A stretch of 64,000 nt of DNA, taken from the NCBI GenBank assembly GCA_965232515.1, contig CBDDPY010000002.1, positions 6,784,001 to 6,848,000 of the forward strand, read 5' to 3'. Below the pieces are notes generated by a model. The model worked only from the letters and a program-made list of their open reading frames with translations. It searched no databases and was not told where the DNA came from. The DNA comes from Alphaproteobacteria bacterium. Lineage in GTDB: Bacteria > Pseudomonadota > Alphaproteobacteria > GCA-2731375. Position numbers and translations under genes: made by a program. Of the stretch, positions 51,324 to 60,678 are shown one piece after another (position 1 is the first letter of the stretch; each line of letters begins with the position of its first letter).

Positions 51324-51393
51324 TGCCGACCAGCGGCGGGGAGGGCACTTGGGCGTCAGCTCAGCAGGGGCCAAAAAGGAGACGGACCGAGCC

Positions 51394-52470
51394 ATGCCCA
51401 CGATGATGAAAGCGGCTGTTTTCGCTGAACCAGGACGCATCGTCCTGGACGACAAGCCGATGCCGGAGGTCGGCCCGAACGACGCGCTGGTGCGGATCAC
51501 AACAACGACGATCTGCGGCACGGATGTTCATATCCTGAAGGGCGAGTATCCCGTGGAGCGGGGCCTGACGGTGGGGCATGAGCCGGTCGGTGTCATCGAG
51601 AAGCTGGGCCGGAACGTGCAGGGCTACGCCGAGGGCCAGCGCGTGATCGCCGGCGCGATCTGCCCGAGCGGCTATTCCAACGCCTGCCTCGACGGCCTGC
51701 ATTCGCAGGACGGCCAGAGCGGGGCGCATGGCCTGAAGCCCATCGGCGGCTGGCGTTTCGGCAACACCATCGACGGCTCGCAGGCCGAGTTTCTGCTGGT
51801 GCCGGACGCCATGGCGAACCTGGCGCCGGTACCGGACGGGTTGAGCGACGATCAGGTGCTGATGTGCCCGGACATCATGTCGACCGGCTTTGCCGGGGCC
51901 GAGTCCGGCAACATCAAGATCGGCGACACGGTAGCCGTGTTCGCGCAAGGCCCGATCGGCCTCTGCGCCACCGCCGGCGCGAAGCTGAAAGGCGCGACGA
52001 CGATCATCGCCGTCGAGACCGTGCCCGAGCGGATGGCGATGGCGAAGAGCATCGGCGCCGATCTGGTGGTGGATTTCAGCCACGTCGATCCGGTCGCGGA
52101 AATCATGCGCCTGACGGACGGCCGCGGCGTCGACGTGGCGATCGAGGCGCTCGGCCTGCAATCGACCTTCGAGTGGTGCCTTTCCGTCTTGAAGCCCGGC
52201 GGCACGCTGTCGAGCCTGGGCGTCTATTCGGACGATCTGAAGATCCCGCTCGCCGCATTTCACGCCGGCCTGGGCGACCACAAGATCGTCACTTCGCTCT
52301 GCCCCGGCGGCAAGGAGCGAATGCGGCGGCTGATGAACGTGATTGCATCGGGACGCGTCGACTTGAAACCGATGGTCACCCACCGCTATGGATTGGACGA
52401 GATCGAGACGGCCTATGAGCTGTTCGCGAACCAGCGGGACGGCGTGCTGAAGGTTGCGATCACGCCCTAG
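51394..52470 (+). CDS. Zinc-dependent (MDR) alcohol dehydrogenase
   Basis: TICGTDVH, GHEPVG, CPDIMSTG, AQGPIG; AAGGAG upstream. Confidence 0.9.
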   Translation: MPTMMKAAVFAEPGRIVLDDKPMPEVGPNDALVRITTTTICGTDVHILKGEYPVERGLTVGHEPVGVIEKLGRNVQGYAEGQRVIAGAICPSGYSNACLDGLHSQDGQSGAHGLKPIGGWRFGNTIDGSQAEFLLVPDAMANLAPVPDGLSDDQVLMCPDIMSTGFAGAESGNIKIGDTVAVFAQGPIGLCATAGAKLKGATTIIAVETVPERMAMAKSIGADLVVDFSHVDPVAEIMRLTDGRGVDVAIEALGLQSTFEWCLSVLKPGGTLSSLGVYSDDLKIPLAAFHAGLGDHKIVTSLCPGGKERMRRLMNVIASGRVDLKPMVTHRYGLDEIETAYELFANQRDGVLKVAITP

Positions 52471-52514
52471 CCGCGCCAAATCAGGACGGACAACGGGAAA
52501 CGGGAGTTGCGTAG

Positions 52515-53363
52515 ATGAAGAACATCCTGATGGCGACGGATCTGTCGGCGCGGTCGGACCGGGCGCTGGCGCGGGCGCTGAGCCTGGCGCGTGACCGCGG
52601 CGGCGCGCTGACCGTGGTGCATGTGGTCGACGAGGATCTTCCGGCGTCGCTCGCCGATGCCCAGGCGAGCGCCGCCCGCGATGCCATCCGCGGGCATATC
52701 GACAGCCTTGCCGGCGATGACGGCGGCGATGTCACGATCAAGGTGGTCTTCGGCCGGCCCTACGTGAGCATTCTGGAGATCTCGGAGGACAGCGACGCCG
52801 ACCTGATCGTGCTGGGCCAGCATCGCGAAGACGCCTTCAAGGACATGTTCCGCGGCACCACGGTCGAACGCGTAATCCGCGCCGGCAACGCGCCCGTTCT
52901 GCTGGTCAAGGAACCGGTCAATGACCCCTACCGGCAGATCATGGTCGGGGTCGACTTTTCGGTCTACTCGAGGCGGGCCATCGAGTTCGCGATCACCTTT
53001 GCGCCGGGTGGCGAATTTCACCTGGTGCATGCCTACGACGTGCCGTTCAAGGGCTTTCTCTACGGTCACGATACGCGGCGGGAGGTCGGCAAGCAGCATC
53101 AAACCCAGTTCGAACAGATGATCGAGACCGAGATGGCGTCGTTCCTCGGCAGCCTGGACGGGCCGTTGCCGAAGCTGCAGCGGATCGCGCAGGAGGGCGT
53201 GGTGCGGGACGTCATCCACCAGCAGCTCGACCGGTTGAAACCGGACCTTTTGGTGATCGGTACGCACGGCCGGACGGGCGTCGCGCACGCCTTCCTGGGC
53301 AGCGTTGCCGAAGACCTGCTGCGGCAGCCGCCCTGCGACGTGCTGGCGGTGAAGGCCTGGTAG
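52515..53363 (+). CDS. Tandem-domain universal stress protein
   Basis: ILMATDLS..S, ADLIVLG, GTTVERV, VGVDFS, DLLVIGTHGRTG..FLGSVAE. Confidence 0.92.
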   Translation: MKNILMATDLSARSDRALARALSLARDRGGALTVVHVVDEDLPASLADAQASAARDAIRGHIDSLAGDDGGDVTIKVVFGRPYVSILEISEDSDADLIVLGQHREDAFKDMFRGTTVERVIRAGNAPVLLVKEPVNDPYRQIMVGVDFSVYSRRAIEFAITFAPGGEFHLVHAYDVPFKGFLYGHDTRREVGKQHQTQFEQMIETEMASFLGSLDGPLPKLQRIAQEGVVRDVIHQQLDRLKPDLLVIGTHGRTGVAHAFLGSVAEDLLRQPPCDVLAVKAW

Positions 53364-53468
53364 GCCGTGGTGAGCCAATCCCAGGGGCTGAATTTATTCA
53401 CCTTTTGGTAACCATGTTTAACGAGATTGGCGACGGCGCCGAGAGGCGTCGCGGCCATCTGGTGAGGC

Positions 53469-54764
53469 ATGGGTTCGAAATCTCGGCCGACGTTTTCGGC
53501 GACCAGGGCGACGATCGCGCGCTGCGCGCGGCGCGGCATCCGGCCGTCGCGACCGGTTTTCTGGCTGGCGATGGCGCTGCCGCTGCTGCAGGCCTGCTCG
53601 GGCATTCCGCAGGGCGAGTGGAGCCTTTCCGGCGAGATCGCCGCCGAGATGCGCTACTTCCCGCACCAGCCGCGGTTCGTCGGCCAGGACGACAATATCG
53701 AATTCTCGCCATCGGGCTTCATCCAGCCCGAGGTCATGTACGAGTGGAACGACGGCGACGATCGGATCACGCTGAAACCCTATTTCCGCTGGGATGCCGA
53801 CGACGACAACCGCACCCACGGCGACCTGCGCGAGGCCAACTGGCTGCATGTCGGCGCCGACTGGGATCTGGTGGTCGGCATCGATCGGGTGTTCTGGGGC
53901 GTCACCGAGTCGCGCCATCTGGTCGACATCATCAACCAGGTCGATCAGGTCGAGGACATCGACGAGGAAGACCGGCTGGGCCAGCCGATGATCAATTTTC
54001 GCCTGCAGCGCGACTTCGGCACCTTCAGCGCTTTCGTCTTGCCGGGTTTTCGTAAGCGCACCTTTCCGGACGCCAGCGCGCGCCTGCGCGGGCCGTTCGT
54101 GATCGACGACGACGATCCGACCTACGACTCCAGTGCCGACGAGAAGCACATCGACTTCGCCGGCCGCTGGGCGCACAGCGTCGGCGACTGGGATGTCGGC
54201 GTCGCGCATTTCCACGGCACCAGCCGCGAGCCGCGCCTGCTGCCGCAGGCCGAGCCGGGCGGCGGCGTCATCCTGCGTCCGCAATACGATCTGATCGACC
54301 AGACCAGCCTGGACGCGCAATTCACGCATGACGCCTGGCTGTTGAAGCTGGAGGCGATCACCCGCAGCGGCCATGGCGATCGCTTCGCCGCGGCCGTCGC
54401 CGGCTTCGAATACACCTTCTTCCAGGTCATGGAGACCGACGCCGATGTCGGCCTGCTGGGCGAGTACCTCTATGACGGCCGCGACGACGCGCCCGAGGCG
54501 CCGGCGACCATCTTCGATGACGACGTGTTCCTGGGCGCCCGCGTGACCTGGAACGATCCGCAGGACACGGCGCTGTTGCTGGGCCTGGTGGTCGACGTCA
54601 GCAACCAGTCGACCATGAAGTTCGTCGAGTTCGAACGCCGCGTCGGCGACAATTGGAAGTTCGAGCTCGAGGCCCGGCTGTTCAACGACGTCGACGAGAA
54701 CGACGCGCTCGACGGCCTGCGCGATGACGACTTCGTCACCCTGCGCTTCACCCGTCACTTTTAG
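53469..54764 (+). CDS. Putative outer-membrane beta-barrel of the type usually encoded with MMPL and LolA-like genes; start uncertain
   Basis: Amphipathic beta-strand pattern, acidic loops, HGDLREANW, VFWGVTESRHLVDIINQ.D.VE, C-terminal aromatic signal VTLRFTRHF. Confidence 0.7.
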   Translation: MGSKSRPTFSATRATIARCARRGIRPSRPVFWLAMALPLLQACSGIPQGEWSLSGEIAAEMRYFPHQPRFVGQDDNIEFSPSGFIQPEVMYEWNDGDDRITLKPYFRWDADDDNRTHGDLREANWLHVGADWDLVVGIDRVFWGVTESRHLVDIINQVDQVEDIDEEDRLGQPMINFRLQRDFGTFSAFVLPGFRKRTFPDASARLRGPFVIDDDDPTYDSSADEKHIDFAGRWAHSVGDWDVGVAHFHGTSREPRLLPQAEPGGGVILRPQYDLIDQTSLDAQFTHDAWLLKLEAITRSGHGDRFAAAVAGFEYTFFQVMETDADVGLLGEYLYDGRDDAPEAPATIFDDDVFLGARVTWNDPQDTALLLGLVVDVSNQSTMKFVEFERRVGDNWKFELEARLFNDVDENDALDGLRDDDFVTLRFTRHF

Positions 54765-55065
54765 GCGGCCTAGTTACGGAATTGCGGCCTGCATCTTTTC
54801 AGAGCGCGTCGCCCGGCAACAGCGACTGTGCGGCGGCTGCAAATGAATAGCCGGAAACGCCTCAGGGCCAACGTGGCGCTTGAGAAACGCCGACCATTTG
54901 CAATTCGTGTGTTGCGCAGTCAAAAATGCTCTGGCACGCAAGGTAAGTTGCAGCCGCAGGATGCGACAATTGTGACAGCCGATTTCAGTTGTTTGATCGC
55001 CTGCAATGATATGCGCGCTACTGTCTGAGTAGAACTCGTCCGCAAAGCCGGAATGGGCTCTCAGC

Positions 55066-56229
55066 ATGCATGGTCCGAGCTCGAACTTGGGGCTGATAAG
55101 CTGGCTGACGGCAGGCGCACCTCACGCAAATGATTTGATTGATCTTGCGGCCGGTATTGCGAAACGGCTGCGATCGACCGGCATAAATGCAGACCAATTC
55201 GCGCTTTATGCGACAACAATCCACCCGGAGATGCCGGGAAATTATGTGTACTGGACCGAAGCCACGGGCGCCCGCCACCTGACTTATTCGCCCGAACACC
55301 TCCGATCGTCTGACGTCTGGGTAGGATGCGCGGCACACAGGTGTGTCGAAACCGAGAGGATGATCGTCCATACGATCGGGAAGACTCCGGAATTCGATGT
55401 TCGACCGGAATCGCGAATGTTCCTCGAGCGCGGCTACAAGCAGTTCGTCTATACGCCGCTTCATTCGAGTCACACACTGGTGAACAGTGTGGCGGCCTAT
55501 GGAACGAAGCGAGAGGGCGGGTTTTCGGAGGACGATATCGATCGCATGCGCAACCTGCAGGGACATCTGGCTCGCGTCGCCGAGGGCATGGTCCTGCGCG
55601 AAAGCACAGAGCAGATTTTGTCGACTTACGTCGGACGCGATGCCGGCGGGCACGTCCTGCGGGGGAATATTCTCAGGGGTGATTCAGAAACGATTCCCTC
55701 GGTCGTTTTGTTTGCCGATCTGCGCGACTTCACCGCGTTCTCAAATACACGGCCCGTAGGCGAAGTCATAGAAAGGTTAAACAGGTTCTTCGAGATCGCC
55801 GGTACAGCCATCTACGAAAACGGCGGAGAGATTCTTAAATTTCTTGGTGACGGGTTCCTGGCGATATTCCCGACGCCGGACGACGTCAATGCCCAGTTGT
55901 CAGCGGCAGCGGACGCGTTAACAGCGATTGAAGTCACCCGATCTGCATTGGACAAAGAAGCTGGACCGATAATTCGTTTCAGAGCCGCATTGCATGTTGG
56001 TGACATCTTCTATGGAAACATCGGCAGTAAGTCGCGCATGGACTTCACCGCAATTGGCGCTACCGTTAATTTGGCAGCGCGTTTATTGGACTGTGCCGAC
56101 GCACTTGATGCGGACGTCGTGTGTTCGGACGCGTTCCACCGGCTGATCCCGGATCGAACGGCGTCGATTGGAGATCATTTCTTCAAGGGCTTTGAAGATC
56201 CTCAACCGGTTTTTCGCGTCGATTTTTAG
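55066..56229 (+). CDS. Class III adenylate/guanylate cyclase with N-terminal GAF-like region
   Basis: FADLRDFT, LKFLGDG, ALHVGDIFYGNIG, DFTAIGATVNLAARL. Confidence 0.9.
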   Translation: MHGPSSNLGLISWLTAGAPHANDLIDLAAGIAKRLRSTGINADQFALYATTIHPEMPGNYVYWTEATGARHLTYSPEHLRSSDVWVGCAAHRCVETERMIVHTIGKTPEFDVRPESRMFLERGYKQFVYTPLHSSHTLVNSVAAYGTKREGGFSEDDIDRMRNLQGHLARVAEGMVLRESTEQILSTYVGRDAGGHVLRGNILRGDSETIPSVVLFADLRDFTAFSNTRPVGEVIERLNRFFEIAGTAIYENGGEILKFLGDGFLAIFPTPDDVNAQLSAAADALTAIEVTRSALDKEAGPIIRFRAALHVGDIFYGNIGSKSRMDFTAIGATVNLAARLLDCADALDADVVCSDAFHRLIPDRTASIGDHFFKGFEDPQPVFRVDF

Positions 56230-56404
56230 AAGCGGTGCTTTGCGACAGATTCGCCATTTCGGATCTTTAAGCACCCGGCGGCGGATCTAGCGGTCCGGTG
56301 CAACTTTTTTGTCTGTCCGGGCGTCCCTGAAACGTCATTAACATGTCGGGCACGCGCGTCACGTCGCGCGGTGCTGTCGATAACTGTGTCATGACGGGGA
56401 GGGG

Positions 56405-57106
56405 ATGATGGCGAAGGCAGCGGCGTTCGAGGGGTTCTCGCGGGAGCTGATCGGGTTCTTCACCGAGCTGGAGAAGAACAACAGCAAGACCTGGTTCGAC
56501 GCGCACCGGGCCGACTACGAGGGCCTTTTCGTCGGGCCGGCGAAGCAGTTCGTCGCGGCCATGGGAAGTGGCCTTGCCAAGGTCTCCAAGGACATTCGGG
56601 CAGACCCGCGCATCAACGGCTCGATCATGCGCATCAATCGGGATGTGCGCTTCTCAAAGGACAAGCGGCCGTACAAGGCGGCGCTGCACATTTTGTTCGC
56701 CGAAGGCGGCTCGCGGCAGGCCTCGCCCGCCTTCTACTTCGGGCTCGACGCCGAGCATGCGTATCTCGGGGGCGGGTTGTTCGGATTCCGGCCGGAGCAG
56801 ATGGCACGTTTTCGCGCCGCCGCCGTCGACGCGAAGCAAGGCAAGGCGTTGGCCGCGGCGGTCGGGAAGGTCACGGCCGTGCCCGGCATGACGCTCGGCG
56901 GTCAGCATTACAAGCGCGTGCCGCGTGGTTTCGACGCCGATCATGCGAATGCCGAGCTGTTGAAGCATGCCGGGCTCTATGCCGGCGTCAGCGCGCCACC
57001 GCCGCCGGAGGTTTTCGGTCCCGACGTTGTCGACTACTGCCTTGCCGGCTTCAAGCGCGTGCGGCCGTTGCAGAAATGGCTGGTCGACGCCGTCGGCGAT
57101 GGTTAG
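56405..57106 (+). CDS. DUF2461-family protein
   Basis: NNSKTWFDAHRADYE, MRINRDVRFSKDKRPYK, YKRVPRGF. Confidence 0.88.
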   Translation: MMAKAAAFEGFSRELIGFFTELEKNNSKTWFDAHRADYEGLFVGPAKQFVAAMGSGLAKVSKDIRADPRINGSIMRINRDVRFSKDKRPYKAALHILFAEGGSRQASPAFYFGLDAEHAYLGGGLFGFRPEQMARFRAAAVDAKQGKALAAAVGKVTAVPGMTLGGQHYKRVPRGFDADHANAELLKHAGLYAGVSAPPPPEVFGPDVVDYCLAGFKRVRPLQKWLVDAVGDG

Positions 57107-57909
57107 GGGGATCGACGCTCAAGGAAGTCGCGCAGCGTCCGGGCGCATTCGGGGCCGTGCGACAGCGCCATGCCGTGGCGGGCGCCGGCCACGACTTGCA
57201 TTTCGCTCGCCGGCAGCAGCGCGTGCGCCGCGGCGCTGACATCGACCGGGACGAACGGGCTGCCGTCGGGGTGCAGCAGCAGGACCGGCAGGGCGATATC
57301 CGGCAGCAGAGGCGAGAGATCGGCGCCGACCAGCATGTCGGCGAGCCCAAGCACGGCGTCGGGCGATCCGTCGGCCTGTTGGCGCTCGAACCAGTCATAG
57401 GCCGCCTGCGGGATGGCGCCGTCGTGGAAGCGGTGCGGCATCATCCGCCGCGACCAGCCGGCCAGGCCGTCGGCGGCGATCTCGTCACGCCAGGCATGCA
57501 CCTGACCGATGCCGGCGCCCCGGTGCGCGCAGGAGACGCCGGTCACGCTGAGCAGCGCCTCGCCGCGCGTCGCCGCGGCGTGCAGCGCGATGGTGCCGCC
57601 GATGGATTCGCCGACCAGGTGGAAGCGTTCGGCCTCGGCGGCATCGGCCACCGCGAACAGGTCGTCGACCATGCCGTCGAACGTCCAGGCGTGGCCGGTC
57701 GCGGACCGGTGCGAGCGGCCGAAGCCGCGCATGTCGAAGCGCACCAGCCGGTAGGCGTCGGCCAGGACAGGCAGCCAGCCGGACCAGATCCCGGATGTGG
57801 CGCCGACGCCGTGGTGGAAGACGATGACCGGCGGGTCCGTGATCCAGGGCGGGGTCAGGTCGACGACGTCGTAGTGAAGGACGCCGTTAACAGTTTGCAC
57901 TTCGGGCAT
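57103..57909 (-). CDS. Alpha/beta-fold hydrolase
   Basis: FHHG, FDMRGFGRS, nucleophile elbow GESIGG, ARHG; GGAGG RBS. Confidence 0.85.
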   Translation of the reverse strand: MPEVQTVNGVLHYDVVDLTPPWITDPPVIVFHHGVGATSGIWSGWLPVLADAYRLVRFDMRGFGRSHRSATGHAWTFDGMVDDLFAVADAAEAERFHLVGESIGGTIALHAAATRGEALLSVTGVSCAHRGAGIGQVHAWRDEIAADGLAGWSRRMMPHRFHDGAIPQAAYDWFERQQADGSPDAVLGLADMLVGADLSPLLPDIALPVLLLHPDGSPFVPVDVSAAAHALLPASEMQVVAGARHGMALSHGPECARTLRDFLERRSP

Positions 57910-57968
57910 GCGATCTTCCTCCAGGGCCATCAGCATACCTCAGTGCTGACTTCGCGGCTGCTGCGCGC

Positions 57969-57999
57969 TTGATCCTGTAGGGGGTGCAGCTATTAGAAT
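57969..57999 (+). promoter_or_regulatory. MerR-type promoter (19-bp spacer) with imperfect dyad
   Basis: -35 TTGATC (57969-74), -10 TAGAAT (57994-99), spacer 19 nt containing CTGTA-GGGGG-TGCAG. Confidence 0.7.
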
Positions 58000-58162
58000 G
58001 GCGGCGCCCGGCACGGGAGGCACCTGTCGGGCGTGTTCCGTCGCGGAAATTGGGAGCCGCGACACGCCGCGGCGTCGCGCGGGGGATTCGGCGCCGCGGC
58101 CATTCGGCCGACAGGTCTCGTGCGGCCGACGCCCGCAACTGCCCGGATCGAGAGGCAGGGAC

Positions 58163-58393
58163 ATGAAGGAACAACGGCAACTGATCTGGTGCGCCGCCGG
58201 CACGGTCGTGGCCGCGCTCTGCTGCTTCACGCCGGTCCTGGTGGTGCTGCTAGGCGCGGTCGGGCTCTCGGCCTGGCTCGTTTGGCTCGACTACGTGCTG
58301 CTGCCGGCGTTGGTTGTCTTCGCCGGACTGACGGTTATTGCCTGGCTGCGCTGGATGAAGGCGCGGCGTCGTGCCCTGGAGGCCGCGTCATGA
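58163..58393 (+). CDS. merF: Mercury transporter MerF
   Basis: GTVVAALCCFTPVLVVLLGAVGLSA...LDYVLLPAL, the MerF signature. Confidence 0.88.
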   Translation: MKEQRQLIWCAAGTVVAALCCFTPVLVVLLGAVGLSAWLVWLDYVLLPALVVFAGLTVIAWLRWMKARRRALEAAS

Positions 58394-58605
58394 GCGTCTT
58401 CGAGCGGTTTTCGACGGTGACCTGTCCGGACTGCGGCCACAGGCAGACGGAGGAAATGTCGACCGACGCATGCCAGTTCTTCTACGACTGCAAGGGCTGC
58501 GGCACGCTGCTGCGCCCGAAGCCCGGCGACTGCTGCGTGTTCTGCTCCTACGGCACCGTCGCCTGCCCGCCGGTCCAAACCGGCGGTATGTGCTGCGGCA
58601 ATTGA
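58390..58605 (+). CDS. GDCCVxC-motif Cys-rich small protein
   Basis: TCPDCG..E.MSTDACQFFYDCKGCG.LLRPKPGDCCVFCSYG...CPPVQ; ATGA overlap with merF. Confidence 0.88.
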   Translation: MSVFERFSTVTCPDCGHRQTEEMSTDACQFFYDCKGCGTLLRPKPGDCCVFCSYGTVACPPVQTGGMCCGN

Positions 58606-58608
58606 CGT

Positions 58609-58697
58609 CTGGATTGCCGGGTCAAGCCCGGCAATGACGAATTGGCGCTGAGTATATGCCCGAATTCGTCATACCCGCGCATGACGCGGGTATCCAG
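58609..58697. repeat. Inverted pair of REP-like palindromic elements (BIME-like)
   Basis: CTGGATTGCCGGGTCAAGCCCGGCAATGACGA (58609-58640) and the reverse-oriented variant CTGGATACCCGCGTCATGCGCGGGTATGACGA (58666-58697, - strand). Confidence 0.75.
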
Positions 58698-58739
58698 AGC
58701 CGCCAGACGAATCCTCGGCAAGTACTGGAGGTCGCGCCG

Positions 58740-60464
58740 TCAATGCGACTCGCGCGGCACGGCGGCGCCGCGGTTGCCGACCAGGAAGTCGAGGTCGCAG
58801 CCGGTGTCGGCCTGCATGACGTGGTCGAAATAGAGCCGCTGGTAGCCGCCGGTCATGGGCGGTTCGGGCGGGGTCCAGTTCTCGCGCCGGCGGGCGAGCT
58901 CCTCGTCCGGCACGTCGAGGAACAGCAGCCGGTTCGGCACGTCGAGCTCGATCATGTCGCCGTCGCGCACCAGCGCCAGCGGGCCGCCGGCCGCGGCTTC
59001 GGGCGCGGTGTGCAGCACCACTGTGCCGAAGGCGGTGCCGCTCATGCGCGCGTCCGAGATGCGCACCATGTCCTTGATGCCCTTCTGCAGCACCTTCGGC
59101 GGCAGGCCCATATTGCCGACCTCGGCGATGCCGGGATAGCCGCGCGGGCCGCAGTTCTTCAGCACCATCACGCAAGTTTCGTCGATATCGAGGTCGGGGT
59201 CGGCGATCCTGGCCTTGTAGTCCTCGATGTTTTCGAAGACGACGGCGCGGCCGCGATGCACCATCAGCGCTTCCGTCGCCGCCGACGGCTTGATGACGGC
59301 GCCGTCGGGCGCCAGGTTGCCGCGCAGCACGGCGATGCCGCCGCTGTCGGTCAGCGCGCTCTCGCGGGTGCGGATGACGTCGCGGTCGTAGCAATCGGCT
59401 TCCTTGCAGTTTTCCCAAATGGTCTTGCCGTTGACGGTCAGCGCGTCCTTGTTGATCAGGTCGCCGATCTCGCGCACGACGGCCGGCATGCCGCCAGCGT
59501 AGTAATAGTCCTCCATCAGATACTGACCGGACGGCATGAGATTGACGATGGTCGGCACGTCCTTGCCCCAGGCGTCCCAGTCGTCGAGGTTGAATTCGAC
59601 GCCGAGCCGGCCGGCGATGGCCAGCAGGTGCACGACGGCATTGGTCGAGCCGCCGATGGCGCCGTTCACGCGCACGGCGTTCTGGAAGGATTCGCGCGTG
59701 ACGACGCGGGACATGGTCATGTCCTCGCGCACCATCTCGACGATGCGGCGGCCGGACATGTGGGCGATGACGTTGCGGCGCGAGTCGACGGCGGGAATGG
59801 CGCCGTTGAAAGGCAAGGCCATGCCCAGCGCTTCCGACATGTTGGCCATGGTCGACGCCGTCCCCATGGTCATGCAGTGGCCGGGGCTGCGCGACATGCC
59901 GCTCTCGGCGTCCATGAAGTCCTGCAGCGTCATCTCGCCGGCCTTCACGGCCTCGGCGAACTTGAAGACATCGGTGCCGGAGCCGATCTCGCGGCCCTGG
60001 TAGCGGCCGTTCAGCATCGGCCCGCCGGAAACGACGATCGACGGCAGGTCGCAGGACGCCGCGCCCATCAAGAGCGCCGGCGTGGTCTTGTCGCAGCCGG
60101 CCAGCAGCACGACGCCGTCCATGGGATTGGCGCGGATCGATTCCTCGACATCCATGCTGGCGAGGTTGCGGAACAGCATGGCGGTGGGCCTGAGATTGCT
60201 CTCGCCGAGCGACATCACCGGGAACTCGACCGGCAGACCGCCCGCCTCGTAGACGCCGCGCTTCACGCGCTCGGCGACGTCGCGCAGATGCGCGTTGCAG
60301 GGTGTCAGCTCCGACCAGGTGTTGCAGATGCCGATCACGGGCCGGCCGTCGAATTCGTCGGCCGGGATGCCCTGGTTCTTCATCCAGGAACGGTGCAGGA
60401 AGCCGTCCTTGTCCGACTTGCCGAACCATTCCTGCGACCTGAGTTTCTTCTTGCCCGAGGCCAT
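58740..60464 (-). CDS. IlvD/Edd-family dehydratase (sugar-acid dehydratase type)
   Basis: IGICNTWSELTPCN, GCDKTTP, GHCMTMGTASTM, IGGSTN, SDARMSGTAFG, C-terminal PRESH. Confidence 0.92.
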   Translation of the reverse strand: MASGKKKLRSQEWFGKSDKDGFLHRSWMKNQGIPADEFDGRPVIGICNTWSELTPCNAHLRDVAERVKRGVYEAGGLPVEFPVMSLGESNLRPTAMLFRNLASMDVEESIRANPMDGVVLLAGCDKTTPALLMGAASCDLPSIVVSGGPMLNGRYQGREIGSGTDVFKFAEAVKAGEMTLQDFMDAESGMSRSPGHCMTMGTASTMANMSEALGMALPFNGAIPAVDSRRNVIAHMSGRRIVEMVREDMTMSRVVTRESFQNAVRVNGAIGGSTNAVVHLLAIAGRLGVEFNLDDWDAWGKDVPTIVNLMPSGQYLMEDYYYAGGMPAVVREIGDLINKDALTVNGKTIWENCKEADCYDRDVIRTRESALTDSGGIAVLRGNLAPDGAVIKPSAATEALMVHRGRAVVFENIEDYKARIADPDLDIDETCVMVLKNCGPRGYPGIAEVGNMGLPPKVLQKGIKDMVRISDARMSGTAFGTVVLHTAPEAAAGGPLALVRDGDMIELDVPNRLLFLDVPDEELARRRENWTPPEPPMTGGYQRLYFDHVMQADTGCDLDFLVGNRGAAVPRESH

Positions 60465-60678
60465 CGCCGTCCCTCCCAATCGATTCACTTGATGCATTAA
60501 TCGGACGGCAGGCAATGGCCGCTGTCAACGGGCGGTGCAAGTCGGCGGGCGCGGATCGACCTGTCCGGCTTGACGCGAACAAGTCGGCTAACTAGCGTTG
60601 GCACGTTGCTGTAGGGCGCGTCGGCCAATGCGTCGGAAGGGCTATGCCCACCTACTCTCCAATAATTCCAACGCGCCA

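Noticed and set aside
53440-53495. tRNA-like fragments (CTGGTGAGGC, GGTTCGAAATC), considered as possible tRNA-Sec
   Set aside because: No cloverleaf, no UCA anticodon arm, no acceptor stem or CCA.
57998-58162. In-frame N-terminal extension of MerF containing CRAC
   Set aside because: Its ATG overlaps the -10 box of the MerR-type promoter, so it would not be in that transcript; MerF homology starts at 58163.
58609-58697. Possible mini CRISPR array
   Set aside because: Units are inverted, non-identical and only two; no cas genes.
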